Origin: Octopus bimaculoides
Taxonomy: Eukaryota
NCBI RefSeq assembly: GCF_001194135.2
Contig: NC_068985.1
Coordinates: 66,886,051 to 66,950,050 of the forward strand
Length of the DNA stretch: 64,000 nt
Direction of reading: 5' to 3'
Position numbers and translations under genes: made by a program
In this document: piece by piece, positions 24,459 through 36,599 of the stretch
Numbering within the stretch: position 1 is the stretch's first letter
How the letters are laid out: the number at the start of each line of letters is the position of its first letter
The notes under the pieces: model-generated
Told to the model about the DNA's origin: nothing
Databases searched by the model: none
Seen by the model: the letters and a program-made list of their open reading frames with translations, nothing else

Positions 24459-25490
24459 GCACTTCACTTCAATGCATCTTTAATACAGTTCGTATTCGTT
24501 ACTAACACAATATCACCGTTGATAACGTTATCCAGCATTTACGTGTAGTGAAAACTTAGCCCCGTTTCATTGACATTATTGCCACACTTTTGAATGCAAA
24601 CCGAATGATACAATTACATTGTGTGTTTATAGAGAATATGCAAATTCGTAATCGACTATTGTTTCATACAAAATGTAAGTGAAGGGAAGCAACCGATATT
24701 GGATATTTAATAGGAAAGTTATCTTAATGCTAATCATATTTAAAAGAAAAATGTTCAAAGCATTTTTACCGTTATTAAAGCAATGGCATACCAGTTCTTA
24801 GTAGAACATCGGGACAGCATGCAATAGTTGAAAACGTAAAATTCTAACCAGACAGTTTAAAATGAAATATTGCCGTTCATTTAATAGTAAACCCCCCCCC
24901 CCCAAAAAAAAAAAACAAAAAACAAAAAAAACAAACAAACAAACAAACAAATAGGTGTAAATAAAGAAAATTAACTGAAAATAAGAGAATGAAACAAGCT
25001 GTAATAATAAGAGTGAACTCTTCTGATGAAAACGTTTTAACACAAAACGCTGTCAGCAAATGAAATAGAAATCAAAATATTACTTTTATTAATGAGGTCA
25101 ATTATTTGTATAAAAGAGGTTACTGTATATCATCACGCACGCGTCAACGGAAGTGCATAATAAACACAATTTTCTTTGAAATAATAACGAAGATACTTAT
25201 ATATACCAGCAGAATGACCGCCCTCTGGGTGGTTTTCTGCTAGCCCCTTGATAATATTTTCCCATTTGATTCCCATTTCTAACAATTTTATATTTTACGG
25301 GTAATTATTTTTTGTTTAATAGTGCTCACTTGCTTCCATTATTATATCACAGTCATCATCTCTCATCTTTAAACAAACATCATGGTAATCCCACAACAGA
25401 GGGTGTAGCAGTTTGTCAAGTTTTACCTTCCACTCAAAGTAACATAAAGATTTCAATTCAGCAGCCCACCTGTAAGCTTTGCAGTGTGTG

Positions 25491-25545
25491 TGAGAGAGAA
25501 AGAGAAAGAGAGAGAGAGAGAGAGAAAAAAGAGAGAGAGAGAGAT

Positions 25546-25603
<58 letters not shown>
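25491..25603. repeat. Compound (GA)n microsatellite
   Basis: Interrupted GA run. Confidence 0.95.
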
Positions 25604-25605
<2 letters not shown>

Positions 25606-27299
25606 CATTGCAAACAATGAATGACATAAACATGAAATGAAAAAAAATTATTAATAAAATGGCATTACTACAGATGTATACGCCCCGACTTTGTTGTCTC
25701 ATAACATACAGAGACATGGGTACTTTTAACAAAATTTTCTACAAATTCCGCTTAGATATTTTTGCGAAGGAGTGAAGAGAGGAGTTTCAGAAAATTCAGA
25801 CGTTCTGAATTTTTTCCCTTATAACTTTCAGGAAGATGGGTATCTTTTAATCAAAATTTATATAAATCTCTTTCAAATGGCATAGATTACGATTATAAAG
25901 AAATTTGTGGGGCGAATTTTTTCGGGAATTTTCACCATTTTTTAAAACCACAGCCTTCGAAATGATGGGGTGGGGGTTGCATCTTTGTATGAAAACGTTT
26001 TGAAAACTCTTTCTTTTTACACCCCTCCCTCGCTCATCATCCCACTATTTTGGCCATTTGTTTTACACTTCAAAACAATGGGAAGAGCGTTTTCATAAAA
26101 AAAAAATTCTAATTGTTAATATTTTTAGAGGGAAATGTGATTTAAGCGCGATTTGACTATTGTTTCTAGCACATCCAAAGACAACTCTCCTCGTTTCTGT
26201 ATCACTCTCTCATTTATTGATGATTTTTTATGTATTTTTCCCCCCAGCAATACATTTATATGCTATATAAAAGAACATTAGAGAAATTATGAATTTTTGC
26301 AACCCCACTTCTTCCCCAGATTCTTTCTGCTTAGAAATTAAAATATTTGAGAGCCTAAGAAGTTCATTGCTGGCATTTATTCACAGTGACTTAAAAAAAT
26401 TACAGAGATGTGCTTGCATAGCAAGTGACTTGATCTGAGATTGTGTACTGAAACAAAAACAATTGCAGCGTGGAAGATGTTCAAAAACCATTCAAGAACA
26501 CACAAATCCCGTTAGTTTCCCTTCAACATTAAAACTTCATTTGTGTCAAAATATTTTCGTCGCTTTGAAACCGTGACCTGTTCACTGAAAAAAATTCACA
26601 AAAATGATACAGCTGAAAGTTTTCAGTGTACAGCACACACGCGCGCACATACACACGCACACGCACACGCACACGCACACGCGCACGCACGCATGTACAC
26701 ACACTCAAACACACATATATTGCCTTTCCCTTGTGTGTATGTGTATCTTTGTGTGTGTGTGTGTGTGTGTGTGGCTGTGTATTGGTGTGTGTGTTCGTGC
26801 ACTACTGAAGTTGTGTTTGGAAATTGTGAATAAGGTGCAAGTTTCGAGCACTTGTCGATAACTTTTGGCTTTTTCCTCCTGTTCCTCGTCTTCTAATAGT
26901 AATTACTCATCTTTCTAGGCTCTTCTCACAGCTATCAAAAACTATACGGTCATTTAAAAAAAAATTCGTTCAATAAATAATGTTTTTACATTACGTAAAC
27001 ATTAACAGTGAATTAAAATTTAAAAGTGAAAATGAGAGACTTTGCAAATGAAAATAGAATACTCCACAGTGAATGCGATGAATATTTAAATCTGAGATGA
27101 ATTGGACACAATGCATATTTAAATTTGCGAGAAATTGGAGTTTAAAAAATTCAATAAACTTGAGAAATTGAAATTATACGAAATTTCTTAGAACATGATT
27201 TTATAAAAATATTGTCAGGCGGTTAACCTTTAATAATTGCTTTCTTTTCGTACTTTTACAGCTTTCTTCATTATAGTATAGATGAGCCTGAGAGAGTTT

Positions 27300-28140
27300 T
27301 AGATTTAACCTGTTAAGAAGAGGTGCCAGACAAGACTTTGACAAAGTAAATATATACCAAATTGTTACTCAAAACATAAAACGCTGTCCGAATACGAAGA
27401 TGCTATTAATAACCTCCCGAATTAGAAATAAGTTTGAAGTATAGGGGACTGTTCAACTTATCGACAAAAAATCTTTGAAAAAACCGAGGACATCAACACA
27501 CCTAAAAAAGAAGAAATTTTACAAGAAATGTATTGTCATAGTTCAAAAAACTTGTGCAGCATGCAGGTAGGATGGACATTTCAAGATCAAGCATTTTGAA
27601 TATTTTTCGGAGTGATGAAGTTACATTTGAAGAATGTGACTCAATCAATCGGTTGTGTTGCATTTAGTGATATGCTGAGAATATACATACTACAGTGGGA
27701 AATTATGCTAAATTACAATCATTTACAGTATAGCGATTCCTATATCTCAAATGATAAATCGCAACTTTCCTTTTGGTAGGAACTATAACAAAGTATGATA
27801 TCAAACATTGAAAAGGATTTTGAAGATGCGGAGTTTGATATTCAGCAAGATGGGAAGCACTCACAATACAAAAGTAATAAAAGGACCAACGTTGGTGAGA
27901 TTTTGCCAATCAGATGTAAGGGACGAAGGGGTCCACTAGTATACACTCCGCATTCATCAGCCTTAACATCATTAAACGGTTTTGTGGTGATATCTTAAGA
28001 TAAGATTTACGGTACAAAATCGGAAAATAGTGAACTGAAGGTAGTCAGTGAACGAAAATGGTCAAAAATCCGGAATAATACGTTTTGATGTTCGTAATTC
28101 CATTTTTATGCGTTATCGGAACGGTCGTCACCTTGCACAC
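27300..28140 (+). mobile_element. Decayed Tc1/mariner DD41D (rosa/Visitor-like) transposase
   Basis: LITSRIRNKFEV*GTVQ (HTH), NIFRSDEVTF (first D), then EFDIQQDGKHSQYKSNKRTNVGEILPIRCKGRRGPLVYTPHSSALTSLN with 41 residues between D and the third site (mutated to N), then KDKIYGTK. Confidence 0.8.
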
Positions 28141-28372
28141 AGGCTTTCATAGACACAAGTTAAGTCCTGTATCTAGATTTTATTAAATTTTGAAAATGTA
28201 TTTTAATAAACGGTGAGTTTATAATCATAGAATTATGTGCATACACTTTAGGGTCACACCTTGTGGTTATGTATATATGCATGTATGNNNNNNNNNNNNN
28301 NNNNNNNNNNNNNNNNNNNNNNNNNNNNNNNNNNNNNNNNNNNNNNNNNNNNNNNNNNNNNNNNNNNNNNNN

Positions 28373-28405
<33 letters not shown>

Positions 28406-28414
28406 ATTTGTGCG

Positions 28415-28439
<25 letters not shown>

Positions 28440-28447
<8 letters not shown>

Positions 28448-28645
28448 CTGCGCTTGTATTCTCATTGCTTGACAACCGATGTTGGTCTGTTTACGTCCCT
28501 GTAACTTCGCAGTTCGGCTTAAGAGACCGATAAAATAAGTGCTAGGTTCACAAATGATAAGTCCTGGGGTCAATCTGTTCGACCAAAGGCGGTGTCCAGC
28601 ATGACCAGAGTGAAATGACTGAAACAAGTAAAAGAGTAAAAGAGT
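28440..28645 (+). mobile_element. SINE family A, 3' half
   Basis: CATTGCTTGACAACCGATGTTGGT...AAGGCGGTGTCCAGCATG...AATGACTGAAACAAGTAAAAGAG. Confidence 0.9.
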
Positions 28646-28899
28646 ATATATATATATGTACATATATATATACATATATATATATACATAGCCATGCATT
28701 GGTGAAGAAAATAATTTGATTGAGATATTTTATGTTATAATATCAGGTTCGTTATGAATTGTATAATTGTTAAACGATTACATTTTCCCCATTAGGCATC
28801 GTAATTAATCCCAAAGTTAAGTATCTGCCATAATGGGGGCAAATATTTTGAATGACTTAGTTAATGAAATTCAGATATTATAACTTAAATTTCCTTCCA

Positions 28900-29250
28900 C
28901 CGATACTCTGAGTAGGAAAAGAATAGTGGTTAGACTTACAAATCATGCTGCATGATGATAATGCGCAGTTCCAAACAAGATTATTTTAAAGTAATGTAAA
29001 CCTTAGTTTTGAAAAAATTCCATACCATTATTACTCACCATCTCTTGCACCATCTGCTTACGACTTATTTTGAATTTTACAGACTGATCATCATGGAATC
29101 ATTTTAAAACACCTGAATAGTGGAAACTAGCATTCTTTTGCAGGAAGGGAAATTAATTTTTCACACAAATATTAGGTAACATTTAAATAGTTAGGAGGCT
29201 GTCACTGACAATGGTTGGTAATTATGATCATGAATTAATTTTAATAGAAT
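28900..29250 (+). mobile_element. Mariner (DD34D-type) transposase C-terminal remnant
   Basis: MLHDDNAQ...FEKIPYHYYSPSLAPSAYDLF*ILQ resembles LHDNARPH...PHPPYSPDLAPSDYHLF. Confidence 0.65.
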
Positions 29251-29418
29251 ATAAGATTAATAGGTCTTTTCTTCATACGTAATTTTAGGACGTTACTTCA
29301 GGAGTGACCTCCTTTCTCTCACACACACACACATACACTCACATACACACACACATGTATGTATACACACATGTATGTACACACACATGTATGTACACAG
29401 ACGTGTATGTACACACAT

Positions 29419-29510
<92 letters not shown>

Positions 29511-29809
29511 CTGTAAATCTATTTTATTTCATTTATCTGTTCCTTTCTCTCTCCTCTCTCGTACAAGTACGTATGTATGTATATACACACATATAGCAAA
29601 GATGAATAATATTTTTGCTTTGATCGAATAGTCTCTTGCTACTCTAGAGTACGCTTCAGTGTTTCCTGGGTCATTTCTTGCTTAACCCTATGAACATATG
29701 GGCAAAAATCCAGGGCAGCAAGAGTTTGGCTCAGTCAAATTAGAAACATACACACACGTTCATATACAAACATAAATGTATATACACACACACATACGTG
29801 TGTACAAAC

Positions 29810-30202
29810 AGGTGCAGGAGTGGCTGTGTGGTTGATAACTTGCTTAACAACCACCTGGTTCTGGGTTCAGTCCCACTGCGTGGCACCTTGGGAAAGTGCC
29901 TTCTATTATAGCCTCGGGCCGACCAAATGCTTATGAGTGGATTTGCTAGACGGAAACTGAAAGAAGCCCATCGTATATATGTATATATATGTATGTGTGT
30001 TTGTTTGTCTGTGTTTGTACCCCCAACATCGCTTGACAACGGATGCTGGTGTGTTTACGTCCCTGTAACTTAGGGATCCGGCAAAAGAGACTCATAGAAT
30101 AAGTACTAGGCTTTCAAAGAATAAGTCCTGGGGTCGATTTGCTCGACTAAAGGCGTTGCTCCAGCATGGACGTAGTCAACTGACTGAAACAAGTAAGAGA
30201 GA

Positions 30203-30203
<1 letters not shown>
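29810..30203 (+). mobile_element. Full-length tRNA-derived SINE, family A
   Basis: A-box TGGCTGTGTGG (29821-31), B-box GGTTCAGTCCC (about 29864-74), central (TA/TG)n microsatellite, 3' tail ...TGACTGAAACAAGTAAGAGAG followed by (TA)n. Confidence 0.93.

Positions 30204-30207
<4 letters not shown>

Positions 30208-30278
<71 letters not shown>
30208..30278. repeat. (TA)n microsatellite at SINE tail
   Basis: Pure AT run. Confidence 0.97.
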
Positions 30279-30281
<3 letters not shown>

Positions 30282-31339
30282 AAACTGTATATACATACAC
30301 ACAAATATATTATCGGTTTCCATATACTAAATTTAAGCTGTTATGCACGGATTTGGTCACTGATTCTCAGCAGGTTTTCTATGTAGGTGGGCAAGATGTG
30401 GCCTTCTATGTAATGTGCAATATCGTCGTAGCGTAATACGTTGAGCTGAAAACATATCAGCATCAAAACCATAGCTTTCTCTTAATCAAGATAAGTTGCG
30501 TAATTAATTAAACATGTATATGACAAGCTTATATTCATATTCTATCTGCGAGAAACTTGTGAGAAATAGAAGTGAACATATATATTTATTCTTTGTCAAC
30601 TGCCTTTCTGTTTATAAAAATCCGTCCATTATACGTTTTCTAAATCTGATATATGAAGCTTTATTCTAAACAGCTAGAACGATTACCTAATTTGACTCGT
30701 TTCTTTCTTTTTCACTTTGAGAATCCTATTTTAAGATTGAGAATAGTTAATATGAAAACTCTAAAATTTAAAGTCACCAAGTATTGAACGCATATATGTC
30801 TACATTGTAATTGCATGCAACTAACTATAACAGATCTGTTACGTTCTCACAGAAAGTTCTTACGCATGGTCTAGGTGATAAATCAGTCCACGTTGAATCA
30901 AATATATTTCGATTGAATGGTTATATAACAACAAATTGCATCTCAGAATGGAGAATTATTACTAATTTGTTGTAATTCTGTTGAACGAATAATGCGAATT
31001 AATCTGCAACTTTTGCTCGAATGGAGCTATATCTCATCAGTTGCAAAATTACATCTTGACGCAGGACTAATGCTAGTGTGGTATAAATAGAGACGGTTCC
31101 CAAACCAGAAACAGGGCTCTTCAATTAAAAATTAGAAAATATCAACTGAATATTGTGAATGGATTTATTTGTGCATATGTATTTTATTTTGTATACATGT
31201 ACACACACGCACACGAGCTCACACACACATGCACATGATATTCAAATTTGACAGCATAAAAGGATATAAAAGCAATATCACATCGAAAAATAAAATGTTT
31301 TAAAACATGAAAACAGTATCAACCAGTTGAGGATGGGGA

Positions 31340-31720
31340 GATAACGGTTTTCTCAAAGTAGCCAACCTCGCGTTCCCACACGTTCACAAGACGATTCCAG
31401 AACCTGGAGCATCATTGTGCTTTTGAGAAGATCTTTAAACGCCTCCTTGATCTTGGCTACCAGCTCGGCCTTGGTGTTGCAACGGGAGCGGTTTGTGTCT
31501 TTCGCAATCGTGCCACACATAATAACCGATGCGATTAAAATTGGGGGAATAAAAATGTTAGAAACTGGGGCTAGGGAAACCGTTGTAATTCTGTGACAAC
31601 TACTTCGGATTGTTTCCGGGAGTATGCTAAAAGCCGAGTCCTGATACCTTACATATGACTTTTAAAGAACAACACACTCTAGCCAGGAAAGGAAGACACA
31701 TATTCATCACACAAAAAGAA
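31340..31720 (-). mobile_element. Decayed DD37D (maT-like) transposase C-terminus
   Basis: ...YYVW...KDTNRSRCNTKAELVAKIKEAFKDL...RFWNRLVNVWE resembles the C-terminal block at 4095-4300. Confidence 0.7.
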
Positions 31721-32728
31721 AGACAACCTGTTAACTTCTTAAAATATTTCGTCGATCTGTGTTACTGTCACAAACAGGTCCACTACAACTAGTTTTAGGC
31801 AACGTCATGGGCTAGTACGAATAAGATTCAGGGATTTGATATATGTTCTTGAAATTTATATACGTCAGTCTTTCTGGATGTCGTAGCCAATATTCATAGC
31901 TTGGCCGAAAAATTGGCATTTGGTTTATATTCATGTACCTTCTCTACCTTCTTTTTGTTAGTGGGATTCTTTTGGCATTGAGCACTATAGTAAGTGATGA
32001 ATTAATGACCTAAAATGCTGGATCTCAAGGCAAATACACCTATAAATAATAGCATGTAGATACTGGGCTAAAAACACTTTGGTTCCAAAAAGTCGAAAGC
32101 TATCACGTGTCCATATCATCTGTAAACATGATAGGTATTCTAGCCATTAAACCAAACAATCCTTCGAAATGTTTTTATCCAATTTCAAAACCTCATTCTG
32201 ACTAGCGAAATTTGCATGTTCTTGATGTCATAGGCATATTTACATAAACTTCGAGACAACATTTAATAATTCTTTGGACTACAACAATATATATACATAT
32301 ATACATATGTGTATCTATATAAAACTTTCATATCAAAAGTTTCGTTGTTTTGAAGATTATAATTGCGCTTGCACGGTGGATTTGAAAATTTATAATGTAT
32401 ATAGATGGAAAATGTGCGTCTTCAATGTTTCACAAATATACATTAATTATAGCGCCTATGTTGATGAGGACACGGATGGCAAATTATTTTATTTGTTTAT
32501 TGATGGAGATACCTAGGTATACCGGTAACTATTGATATGTTTTAATTTTTCAGCCCTTTCGAAATTAATCTTATCCGTGGTTTGGGCTTTAACTGCTCTT
32601 TTCAGCATGTAAGGTATCCTGCTAGGTTCATCTGTTTTGTGTATAGAAATGTACATTAATTTTATATATGTATATCTATCTATCTATGTATCTATCTATC
32701 TATCTATCTATCTCCCCCTCTCTCTTCC

Positions 32729-32796
<68 letters not shown>

Positions 32797-32839
32797 CGCA
32801 TACACACACACGCACACATACGCACACACACATATACAC

Positions 32840-32965
32840 ATACAAACGACAGGCTTCTTTTAGTCTGCCCAAGGCTAAAGTAGAAGACACTTGCCCAAGA
32901 TGTGACACAGAGGGACTGAACTCGGAATCATGTAGGTATGAATCAAGATTCTTACCCCACACTCA
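32840..32965 (-). mobile_element. SINE family A, 5' head
   Basis: GACAGGCTTCTTT...TAGAAGACACTTGCCCAAGATGTGACACAGAGGGACTGAACTCGGAATCATG is the reverse complement of the head of 29810. Confidence 0.8.
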
Positions 32966-32966
32966 C

Positions 32967-33005
<39 letters not shown>

Positions 33006-33009
<4 letters not shown>

Positions 33010-33234
33010 GTTGTCCGGAAAATTCGTGCCGATTTATAGTAGCTTACCTTTCGGCTTATTTGCCATGAAACCACCTCAATTCTCGGAAGAGGCTATCTTC
33101 AAGTTAAAGGAAAGATGGAGACGCATTGTGCAACAAAATGGTTCGTAATTGGTTGATTAAAAAATGTAATGGCAAATATTTATTGACCTTTTTCTTTCCT
33201 TTAGAAATCAGCATGAACTTTCCGGACAACCCAA
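33006..33234 (+). mobile_element. 229-bp internally deleted mariner (MITE-like)
   Basis: About 28-bp TIRs TTGGGTTGTCCGGAAA(A/G)TTC(G/A)TGC(C/T)GATTT flanked by TA. The interior encodes the mariner C-terminus EEAIFKLKERWRRIVQQNG. Confidence 0.92.
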
Positions 33235-33909
33235 TATATATGTACATATATACATATATACGTACATATATAATAGCCACTATAAATGTTGGTTCGTTAT
33301 TTCGACGGTTGATTTTTCCAGTTATTCTTTATTCTTTACATTTTATAATAACCGGGAGAAAAAGTTCGTTAAAGAAAGATATGATAAGACGTTCGAAATG
33401 CGTTCACTTACTCCACTACGTGCCAGGAGGAGTGTTTATAAGTTTTCTGAGGATTTATACCAGCTTGAATTTTATTTTATTTTATTAAAGGCAGTAAATT
33501 CTTTTCTTCTGCGAATTAGTGTTCATTCGCTTGTTTTATAAGAAAACGAAGAAAATTGCCAGGTTAAATCATAATTTGTTTATACATGACATTATTTCCT
33601 GATATTAACTATATCGGCAAAAGTGTCCTTTCAAACTTACTTATCCTATGATGGGTAACACACACATAAATACATACATATACAAACACACGCTCATATA
33701 CACACATATATGTATATTTGTATACGTGTATTAATTTCTGTATGTCCACAAATGACCGTAGTTTATAATAGTAATATAAAATGCATTACGTGTTACTATC
33801 TAACATATATTACTATTTCATAAAATATATTATATACTATAAAACATAATTTATAGGCTAACGCTGAAAACTCTTATAAAGAAATCTTTGTTTTACCCAA
33901 TAGTGATCA

Positions 33910-34260
33910 TCTGTTAGCAGATTTCAAGGTTTTCAGGAGGTCGTAACATAGCCTACCAACCTTGTTCTCAAAGTGTTCTCTTGCGGGTGGTGGTTTGCTG
34001 AATTCTCCTTCACATATAAAATCTAATAGCTGTTCTTCGTTGAGCTTCTGTACCTATACAAGCTTTTATGCCATCCTGGAAACAGATATGGTGATGGTGC
34101 GTTCCGGGATTTTCTGGCTGATGGCAACCTTGGGCCTTTGTCCACCATCCTCTTTTCCTCTAGGGTCATTGTTTCGGCTTGGTCACTGACTAGTGGATTG
34201 CATTGTTTTCCCTTCTGTTTATGTGTCTTGTTAGTGGGGTGCGCTGTGAGTGAGTGGTGT
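33910..34260 (-). mobile_element. Possible L1/Tx1 ORF1 5' remnant
   Basis: Broken frame PERTITISVSRMA*KLV*VQKLNEEQLLDFICEGEFSKPPPAREHFENK. The assignment rests on recalled resemblance only. Confidence 0.25.
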
Positions 34261-35698
34261 GTGTCATTTTCATATGCCTCGAGTGCTATATACATGCACA
34301 TACAAACACAATTTTAGCTTTATACAGATATATGTATATATACATATCTGTATACCTATATAACATATGCATATATACATATGTGAGTTTATTTAAAATG
34401 AAATATGTAACAGTAGCTCCGATAATTTCAGTTGGACTGTCTTTTTGAAGTTACTTTCAGAAAACAGCCCATCACAAAAACCCGAAGACTCTGCCTCACT
34501 TATCCTAGTAGCAACCTAATTTTATTCTCTATGTAAATATTTATAATAATCAATCTATAAACATTTTATTGCTTTGATTAAGGTTCAGTAAAGACGCACA
34601 CATACACATATATATTTATATGCACATATTGTAAGACAGGGAGGAAAATTATTTTAGTGAGGAGAGTGTGAGCAAGAGAGGGGGAAAGAAAAGAGAGGGG
34701 AGAAAGAGAGAGAGAGAGAGAGAAAGAGAGAAATAGAGAAAGACAGAAATAGATAATTCAAATACAATATATAACACATTATTTGATATAAATTTCGGTT
34801 GTGTTACTGGGAATATTATAGAAGAAAATTTGTTTGACTTCAATCGCATTCCACGTGTAACTCAGCGTCCTAAACATTTTAGGAAGTAATGATTTAACGT
34901 AGCTATTATTAAGAAAAAAATCGTTAAAAATTTTTTTCTTGTATATTCCATTCGAAATATATAGAGGGATAAGTTGCGTTACACATCTGTCGAATTTCTG
35001 ATGTGCTGCAGGGATACAAACTCACAGTATGTATGAAGTTCCATAATAAAGGCATATACGAAAATGAAAACACAAAGCTTTGGCAGGTGTTTACAGAACA
35101 AAGACCATCGACATAAGTAGAGGTAAATTCACACAGACAGACACAAGCGTATACATACAAACACACTCACAGAGACACAGATACACTCACACACAAACAC
35201 ATGTATTTATGTATATACAACTGTAAATTTCAGGAGAACCGTATTAATATACAGTGAGCAGAATAGAAATTATAGATTAAAATTTACTGACTGAAAAAAG
35301 AGGCACCCAAAGTTTCACATAATAATTTCATGAGGAAACATGTAGCATCTTGCGTTAGAAATGAAAAGTGGGAAAAAAATATATAACTTCAATAATATGT
35401 ACACTTGTGAACACTTTTATAATTATACTACTATGAAAATTAAGATTATATGAAATAAAAAAAAAACATAATCGAATATATTTGTTTGTATGAGTGTGTG
35501 AGTGTGTGTGTATGTTTCTACAGTTTTGTATACATATATAAATATATAATAAAAGAACTAACGTATACGTAATAGTGGTTAAGGGAAGAAGAGAATCAGA
35601 AATCAAATATATATCAAATGAAAGTTGGCATTCTTTCAGAAGTCTTGGTAAAATCTGAATTTCAAAAACCATTCACACTGATGTGCAGTAGGCACGCA

Positions 35699-35730
<32 letters not shown>

Positions 35731-36599
35731 GAATGTACACTCGCAGACACATATACCCATACACATTTGTATATGTTTATCTATCTACCAATCTATCTAT
35801 TTATCTATCTATCTATATGTATGTATGTGAGGTGACAAGAGACAGGTCCCTCTTATGTTGTTCCCGTCATCGCACAATGATTGGTTGTGTTAGTCGGCTG
35901 CTAGCAGTAAAGAAAAAATATCGGTGGAAAGCTGTAAGTAGTGATGTATATAAATACAAACTTCTTACGCTTTAAATATAGTCGAACCTGTAAGAAGGCC
36001 TTTCACTATACTTTGCCATGGTGAGAATTTCTGATTGTAGAGAGTTTACAGCGTTTGCGTTTCTGATTTCTGGTGCTGAAGAGGAGATAACCTCTCCGTC
36101 ATGCATGTGTAGCGAGACTAATTTTATAATTTCATGTTTAGACTCAAATGCTCGGAAATCAGCTCCAGGCATAAGTCTCAAATGATTGATCATGCGATCA
36201 GTCCTTTGATGCTGATATACTTTCTGGAGCCAAGCATTTGGATTGGTCTAGTTTTATGCGGGATATAAAGTTAGTATCCAATCGCGTTGCACAATAGACC
36301 ATCAGACGCGGCAAATTAAAAATGTGGATTTGTGCCTCATTTTGTTAATATGATGTTTTTCACCAGTGAGTCGAGAGAGCGAGAGAAAGAGAGAGTTTCT
36401 TTTCAGGAAGCCACGTCATATTATTTTCGTTCCTGTTGAAGTAGGTGTTACCAAGTTTGACTAAGAAAAAACATGCATGAATGATTTTCTGCAGTTCATA
36501 TTTCCTTTGCTATGTATTTATCAGGTTCGCTGAATAATTTCATTTAGCTGAGGAATAAAGTGTTACTGTTAATCGAAAGCTCGGTTTTGGTAGTATTTC

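Noticed and set aside
24995-25060. CTGATGA...AAAAC-GCT-GTC as an active hammerhead
   Set aside because: It lacks the essential G of GAAA and has no convincing stem II; at most it is a decayed remnant.
27795-27998. Host first coding exon
   Set aside because: The peptide aligns to the DD41D transposase catalytic region and is flanked by further transposase motifs.
29810-29890. tRNA gene
   Set aside because: A and B boxes are present, but there is no cloverleaf and the sequence continues into a multi-copy SINE body.
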